IMG/VR virus record: IMGVR_UViG_3300038309_000012
Span: 1-50,307 of that record
From: a virus
Taxonomy: Duplodnaviria; Caudoviricetes
Length of the DNA stretch: 50,307 nt
Direction: 5' to 3' (one strand)
Shown: positions 45,966 through 50,307 of the stretch, piece after piece
How the letters are laid out: every line of letters starts with the position of its first letter
How positions within the stretch are numbered: the stretch's first letter is position 1
Made by a program: the position numbers and the translations under genes
The notes under the pieces: model-generated
Database searches by the model: none
Told to the model about the DNA's origin: nothing
What the model saw: only the letters and a program-made list of their open reading frames with translations

Positions 45966-45990
45966 AGTCCGTTTAATTTTTAAACGGTCT
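45966..45990. repeat. 25-bp palindrome copy 18
   Basis: AGTCCGTTTAA TTT TTAAACGGTCT; supplies the stop of the 45989 gene. Confidence 0.9.
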
Positions 45991-46231
45991 ATATTTTATC
46001 CTTTATGAGTTGATATATAGTATTAAACTTATCGTCTATTTTCTTATCTAAATTATCAATCTTTTCACCGACTACTAGAAAGCAAGATTTACGTCTTTCT
46101 ATGCAGTGAACATCTGATACTTTACTTTCTAATTTATCACTTACTCCTTTAGCGCCTAACCATTTGCCTATTAAAGCGGATATAAGAGATAACAAAATAC
46201 TTCCTAAAATCCAAACAGTAATATCTTTCAT
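45989..46231 (-). CDS. Single-TM protein with coiled-coil (holin/spanin-like)
   Basis: VWILGSILLSLISALIGKWLG; ATGA overlap with the TerL stop. Confidence 0.5.
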   Translation of the reverse strand: MKDITVWILGSILLSLISALIGKWLGAKGVSDKLESKVSDVHCIERRKSCFLVVGEKIDNLDKKIDDKFNTIYQLIKDKI

Positions 46232-47760
46232 ACAAGTCTCCAATTAGACATAGGTGGATCGTAGTCAAGTTCTTCATATTCAGCTTCTATATCATCAGGG
46301 TTTTCACGAGGAGAAAAGTATCTTTCTCCTAGCTCTAACATTTCTATTACGTAAGCTAGACAGTCCATTAAATCCCAGAGGGCTGATCTAGGAAACATTA
46401 AAAGTTGCTGTTCGAGTTTAGTTATTGTAGCACATGAGGCATTGTGGTAGATATAACCACCTCGGTAGTAAGGAACTAATTCTTTAACACGCAGTTCCTT
46501 TTTCATTCCACCGCGAGCTTTAAGCCAGACTAGTTCAAAAAAACTACCACGCCTAAACATTTCGTTTTTTATAGGTTGTTTTACAAATTCATTTAGTGAA
46601 GTTTCCTCAAAGCCTATTACCTTTGCACCTAGACGAGTAGCCATCCCGAACATTTCGTCGTATATTTCATCTGGGTATAGTTTGGCTGAGATTGCGTCCC
46701 TGACGTAAATTTTAGCACTTGTTAAATCTAGGCCTAGTCCTATAATAGCAGTTTCATCTGAATGTATTTTTACTGTCTTAGCTGGATCAACTATTACTAC
46801 TGTTTCAATATTCTTACTGTGTTGTAGTTCTGCATCTAGAATATTTAAATCAGTTTCTTGTCTTGTTTTAGTTCCTTGAATGTTGTAGTAATGAAAGTAT
46901 TCTTTTTTAAAACTAGCGTCTTTAGTTGAAATTGGTAAGTTGCGTAGTTCTTGAAAAAAAGCATCAGTTTCACCGGAAGCTAATGCTGCTTCCCATTTAG
47001 ACTTAATAACTTCATGCGGCACGAAATTAGGATCAACAGATTGTAAGTTATCATCACAAGCTTCTAATCGTACTGACTTCCAGTCAGGAGAATCTAGAAG
47101 GTGTTGAAGTAGAGAATCTTCATGCTTTAGGGTATCTATATAAATAATCTTCCAGTTCATATGTGTTTGAGGAATAGCTTCAATAACATCAGAAAAGAAC
47201 CAGTTTTTGATTCCTTTTCTAATTTCCTCGTTCATAATTTTTTTCTTATCTTCTAGATCATCTATTACAAATAATCCTGGGCGATCGTTCCTGAAAAGTA
47301 CACCACGAACTTGTTGTTCAGCACCACGTGGCCAGACTAAAGTATCGTAAGCTACCCAAGCTTTCTTAGAAAAAACCTCTTCGAATTCATCATCTGCGTA
47401 GGTCTTAGGTTTTACTGATCCAAATAGTTGTCTGATTGGTTTATTAGTTATTAATTCTCTTCTTAAATTTTCTGTCTGTAGTGAGGCAGCGTCATGTGAT
47501 TTATTAATATAGCAGATAAATCCAGTATGTCTGAATAGAATGTAACGCGCCATTAAGCCTAAAGCGACTATAGAAGTCTTTCCCCAACCACGAGGAGCGG
47601 CAATTGCTATTTTATTCCAAGGACCATCAATCAGTTCAAATATCTTATCATGCACAGCAGGAGAGAAATCTAGCTTGAAACGATCTGGGAAGAACGTCTT
47701 AGCTGTCATTCTTGTAGAGACTGAGCATAGTGAGAGTATTTGTTCTGTTTGTTTGTCCAA
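46228..47760 (-). CDS. terL: Terminase large subunit
   Basis: AAPRGWGKT (Walker A), VRG...RPGLFVIDDLE (Walker B), IVDPA, GFEE, QLLMFP...DLMDCLAY (nuclease). Confidence 0.93.
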   Translation of the reverse strand: MDKQTEQILSLCSVSTRMTAKTFFPDRFKLDFSPAVHDKIFELIDGPWNKIAIAAPRGWGKTSIVALGLMARYILFRHTGFICYINKSHDAASLQTENLRRELITNKPIRQLFGSVKPKTYADDEFEEVFSKKAWVAYDTLVWPRGAEQQVRGVLFRNDRPGLFVIDDLEDKKKIMNEEIRKGIKNWFFSDVIEAIPQTHMNWKIIYIDTLKHEDSLLQHLLDSPDWKSVRLEACDDNLQSVDPNFVPHEVIKSKWEAALASGETDAFFQELRNLPISTKDASFKKEYFHYYNIQGTKTRQETDLNILDAELQHSKNIETVVIVDPAKTVKIHSDETAIIGLGLDLTSAKIYVRDAISAKLYPDEIYDEMFGMATRLGAKVIGFEETSLNEFVKQPIKNEMFRRGSFFELVWLKARGGMKKELRVKELVPYYRGGYIYHNASCATITKLEQQLLMFPRSALWDLMDCLAYVIEMLELGERYFSPRENPDDIEAEYEELDYDPPMSNWRLV

Positions 47761-47808
47761 GATAAATATCCTATATTGTTTTTTTACATACTTTGAGATA
47801 AAGCATGT

Positions 47809-50307
47809 CTAATAGCTAACTATCCTAAGAGAAAATGAAACCCCAGCTAAATCCTGGCCTGAAGAAGCTTTCTCAAAATAGCAATCAACAGAATTACCCT
47901 TGTTGATGTATGCATCTGAGTCTGTTATAAGGCCGGTCAGATCAGTGTTAGCAAGTGCATTTATATCTACCCCACCGGTTGTCTTAGTGTTTGGAGACGA
48001 TATTGCTGCCGGTGTTGTCCCATCTAACGACCTGTTACGGATATTAAATGTGACATAATCCGTGTCTGATTGTGCCACATCAGATCTTGTTATACAGCGG
48101 ACATTAAAAAGGTACGAATTTGACACCATTGTTGCTAAATGCTCGCTGATATTCATTGATGCGGCTGTTACATCACCGACCCTTATATCTACTGCATCCG
48201 CTATCACTGCATCCTCAATTTCCGGTCCGATCAATATTATTGGCGTTGATGATGGGTTAATAACTATGTTTTTGAAAACCTTTATCACAGCGCCACCAGA
48301 GTCAACACTTGTGTGGAATCGCAACCCTGAGTACGCGCCATCTATTATATTCCCGCTAATCGATCCTTGGCAGCCTCTAAGATCTAGGTCGCTTGAATTT
48401 ACTCCTAAACAATTAGATACTGTTGATATGTTTTTTATGGCGTTATTGTTTACCTGCAAAATTGCCGCCCATCTGGCACGCACAAAGCCTCCGTCTAAGT
48501 TCCGTGCATCGCAATTCGAAACGTCAAGTTGAAGATCCGAGTACGTTTCAGCGTCTGGATGAGTAGTCCAGTCCTCCTGGCTAGCCGCGTTAATGGTGTA
48601 TCCGGTAGACGTAGAGACCGGAACTATCGATCCATTGAACGTACACCCAGTAAATTTAACCCTACCCTCAAGGATATCATGCTGCCCGCACAGGTTGAAA
48701 TTGCACCCTGAGAATACGATGTCCGTAGGAACGTCGCCAGTCGAACCAGACCCCGATCGGTCTGCGTCAGTGTCCCAATTATTGCCTATGTACTGAAACA
48801 CCTGAGACGCATCATTGGCGCAATTTATAAAATTGGCCCCTGAAAATGTAACCTGTCTGGGGTTCTTCCACGTTAAACCCGTTCCCGTAATATGATTCGC
48901 AAAGCTATCAGCCAATAGCTTACCATTTATAACGATAGCGCCATCTCCGCAGTTTCTTATATTACCACCAGACACAGAAAAACCAACTGTACCATTGATG
49001 TCTATTGCCTGTCCCGCGGCCGCGGCAGACCCGTAGATTATGGGGTTTATTACTGCATAATTTATATCATATTTATCAGCGTCAATTGCCTCATTTATAT
49101 TATAAAAAATAGGCGAATCAACAGTGATGTCTCTGCAATATATTGTAAAAATACCGCCGCTTACATTTATAAATCTACAATTGTTAATGCTCGGTCTATC
49201 ACAATCCCACATATCAACCGCGTAGCCGCCCTTTGTACTCGATGAGGTGAATAAACAATCGTTGATAATCATATCGTCAACACCAACGGCAAGTATCGCC
49301 CGCTCTTGTTCGGCGGTCGGATTCGCTGCGTGATCAAGGTCGAATATAATATTATTATAAGTAATATTCGTAACAGCTTCGTCCTTAGAATTTCCAAACA
49401 CATAACTGATCTCAGTTAGTGTGTTGGTTGACAGAAGTTGAATCGTGGCTCCATTACCGTTTATAGTGAGGCCAGAGTTACCACTTTCAAGTTCCACAGC
49501 TACATGGGTAGTATACCCAGCCGAAATAATATTCCAGTGGGTTTCCAGTGAAGTACCAGATGCCTCTAACCTATATGTTGCCCCAGGCATTAGATCAAGA
49601 CTCCCGGATCCAACAGTATCAATAGCCGCCTTAAAAATAGCCGAGTTTAGATCCTCATTTGTGCCATCATTATAGGCGCCAAACATCTCCGGAGTTATAT
49701 GTCCGTCTGTTTGTCTTACCCAACAGCCTTCGCTTCCATCTGAGTCCGCGTCAGATGGAACGTATATACCGGCCAATGTGTCCGCAGTGACCTCCGCCGT
49801 GTAGTCTCCAGAAACACCGACGAAAACCCCCTGGCCTCCGTCTCCTGATGTTGCCCTTCCCTTGAGATACACAACAGCTCCGTCAACGACTGAAAAACTC
49901 TGGAGTTGGTCCAGATCATCGGCGAGAATTACCCCACCAATAACTTTCCAGGCCGCTGTAACTCCTGGCTCTGAGGCTGTGACATCCGCCAGATTGCTTA
50001 TAAGCTGCCAATAGTTACCCTCATGATATACAGAGTATGGAATTGCGGCCGCGCCTGTTTGGTCTGACCAGTTTCCCTTGAAATTGGCAGAGGTCTGTGC
50101 TACTGCTTGGGCGGCTTCTGCCGCCGCCTGAGCTGTCTCCGCATCGGTTTTATACCCATTGACATCTGTGGCGAGGGTATTTGCCTCTGTGGCAAACGTC
50201 GGGAGAGCCCCGAGAAACGCATCAGCCTTTGTTGCAAAATTGGCGGGATCTGTTCTCTGGGGTGGATCTGGAAGAGGTGTTATATCTGCGAAAGTGAGGG
50301 TTGCGTA
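47809..50307 (-). CDS. Tailspike with pectate-lyase-like beta-helix (frame open to the window end; 5' truncated)
   Basis: ITPEMFGA..DG...IFKAAID start of beta-helix with many N/C ladders. Frame is open beyond the track's 49872 start: YATLTFADITPLPDPPQRTDPANFATKADAFLGALPTFATEAN... Confidence 0.8.
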   Translation of the reverse strand, partial: YATLTFADITPLPDPPQRTDPANFATKADAFLGALPTFATEANTLATDVNGYKTDAETAQAAAEAAQAVAQTSANFKGNWSDQTGAAAIPYSVYHEGNYWQLISNLADVTASEPGVTAAWKVIGGVILADDLDQLQSFSVVDGAVVYLKGRATSGDGGQGVFVGVSGDYTAEVTADTLAGIYVPSDADSDGSEGCWVRQTDGHITPEMFGAYNDGTNEDLNSAIFKAAIDTVGSGSLDLMPGATYRLEASGTSLETHWNIISAGYTTHVAVELESGNSGLTINGNGATIQLLSTNTLTEISYVFGNSKDEAVTNITYNNIIFDLDHAANPTAEQERAILAVGVDDMIINDCLFTSSSTKGGYAVDMWDCDRPSINNCRFINVSGGIFTIYCRDITVDSPIFYNINEAIDADKYDINYAVINPIIYGSAAAAGQAIDINGTVGFSVSGGNIRNCGDGAIVINGKLLADSFANHITGTGLTWKNPRQVTFSGANFINCANDASQVFQYIGNNWDTDADRSGSGSTGDVPTDIVFSGCNFNLCGQHDILEGRVKFTGCTFNGSIVPVSTSTGYTINAASQEDWTTHPDAETYSDLQLDVSNCDARNLDGGFVRARWAAILQVNNNAIKNISTVSNCLGVNSSDLDLRGCQGSISGNIIDGAYSGLRFHTSVDSGGAVIKVFKNIVINPSSTPIILIGPEIEDAVIADAVDIRVGDVTAASMNISEHLATMVSNSYLFNVRCITRSDVAQSDTDYVTFNIRNRSLDGTTPAAISSPNTKTTGGVDINALANTDLTGLITDSDAYINKGNSVDCYFEKASSGQDLAGVSFSLRIVSY
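49535..49743. repeat. Direct repeat, copy 2 (copy 1 at 1-209)
   Basis: 206/209 identical by eye. Confidence 0.97.

Larger units (their letters stand above)
1..49534. mobile_element. Complete circular(ly permuted) podovirus-like phage genome
   Basis: Has terminase, portal, capsid, adaptor, nozzle, ejection proteins and DNA polymerase, but no tape measure or sheath. Bases 1-209 repeat at 49535-49743 in frame within one gene. Confidence 0.9.

Noticed and set aside
1268-45990. Palindromes as CRISPR repeats or integron attC sites
   Set aside because: Spacing is 0.35-4.8 kb rather than 30-40 bp; no cas or integrase genes; GTT precedes AAC, the reverse of attC, and the sites are too short.
1268-45990. 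Palindromes as intrinsic terminators
   Set aside because: AT-rich stems with uncompensated mismatches, no U-tract, copies inside genes, and separate GC hairpins next to some copies.

Overview
The window is an essentially complete genome (~49.5 kb) of an AT-rich, podovirus-like tailed bacteriophage. Bases 1-209 recur at 49535-49743 with 3 mismatches, so the genome closes into a ~49,534-bp circle. The final ~560 bp encode a different, GC-richer N-terminus for the same tailspike. Two arms diverge from a sigma70-type promoter region at ~4100-4620. The + arm (4668-26581) carries early and replication genes: many small ORFs, ATP-dependent ligase, HIRAN protein, PD-(D/E)XK nuclease, AAA NTPase, SSB-like protein, UDP-sulfoquinovose synthase, a ParB-HTH-methyltransferase fusion, a UDG-fused family A polymerase, MazG, a DUF3987-like helicase and DUF3310. 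The - arm carries late genes: TerS-like HTH protein, two GT-A glycosyltransferases, tailspike, TerL, fibre-like proteins, portal, scaffold, major capsid, adaptor, nozzle and ejection proteins. No integrase, tRNA, CRISPR array, primase or endolysin was recognised. Two candidate undescribed systems stand out. (1) A 25-bp palindrome (AGnnYGTTYAA-WWW-TTRAACRnnCT) occurs 18 times, never more than ~4.8 kb apart and even inside genes, in a phage encoding a ParB-HTH-DNA methyltransferase fusion. (2) A possible sulfoquinovose glycosylation pathway: SqdB, two glycosyltransferases with ppGalNAc-T-like motifs, and Thr/Pro-rich capsid-module proteins. Also notable are Sec-type signal peptides on three spike/fibre proteins and a 280-bp iteron-bearing inverted repeat (candidate origin). 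All calls come from reading motifs by eye; no searches were run.
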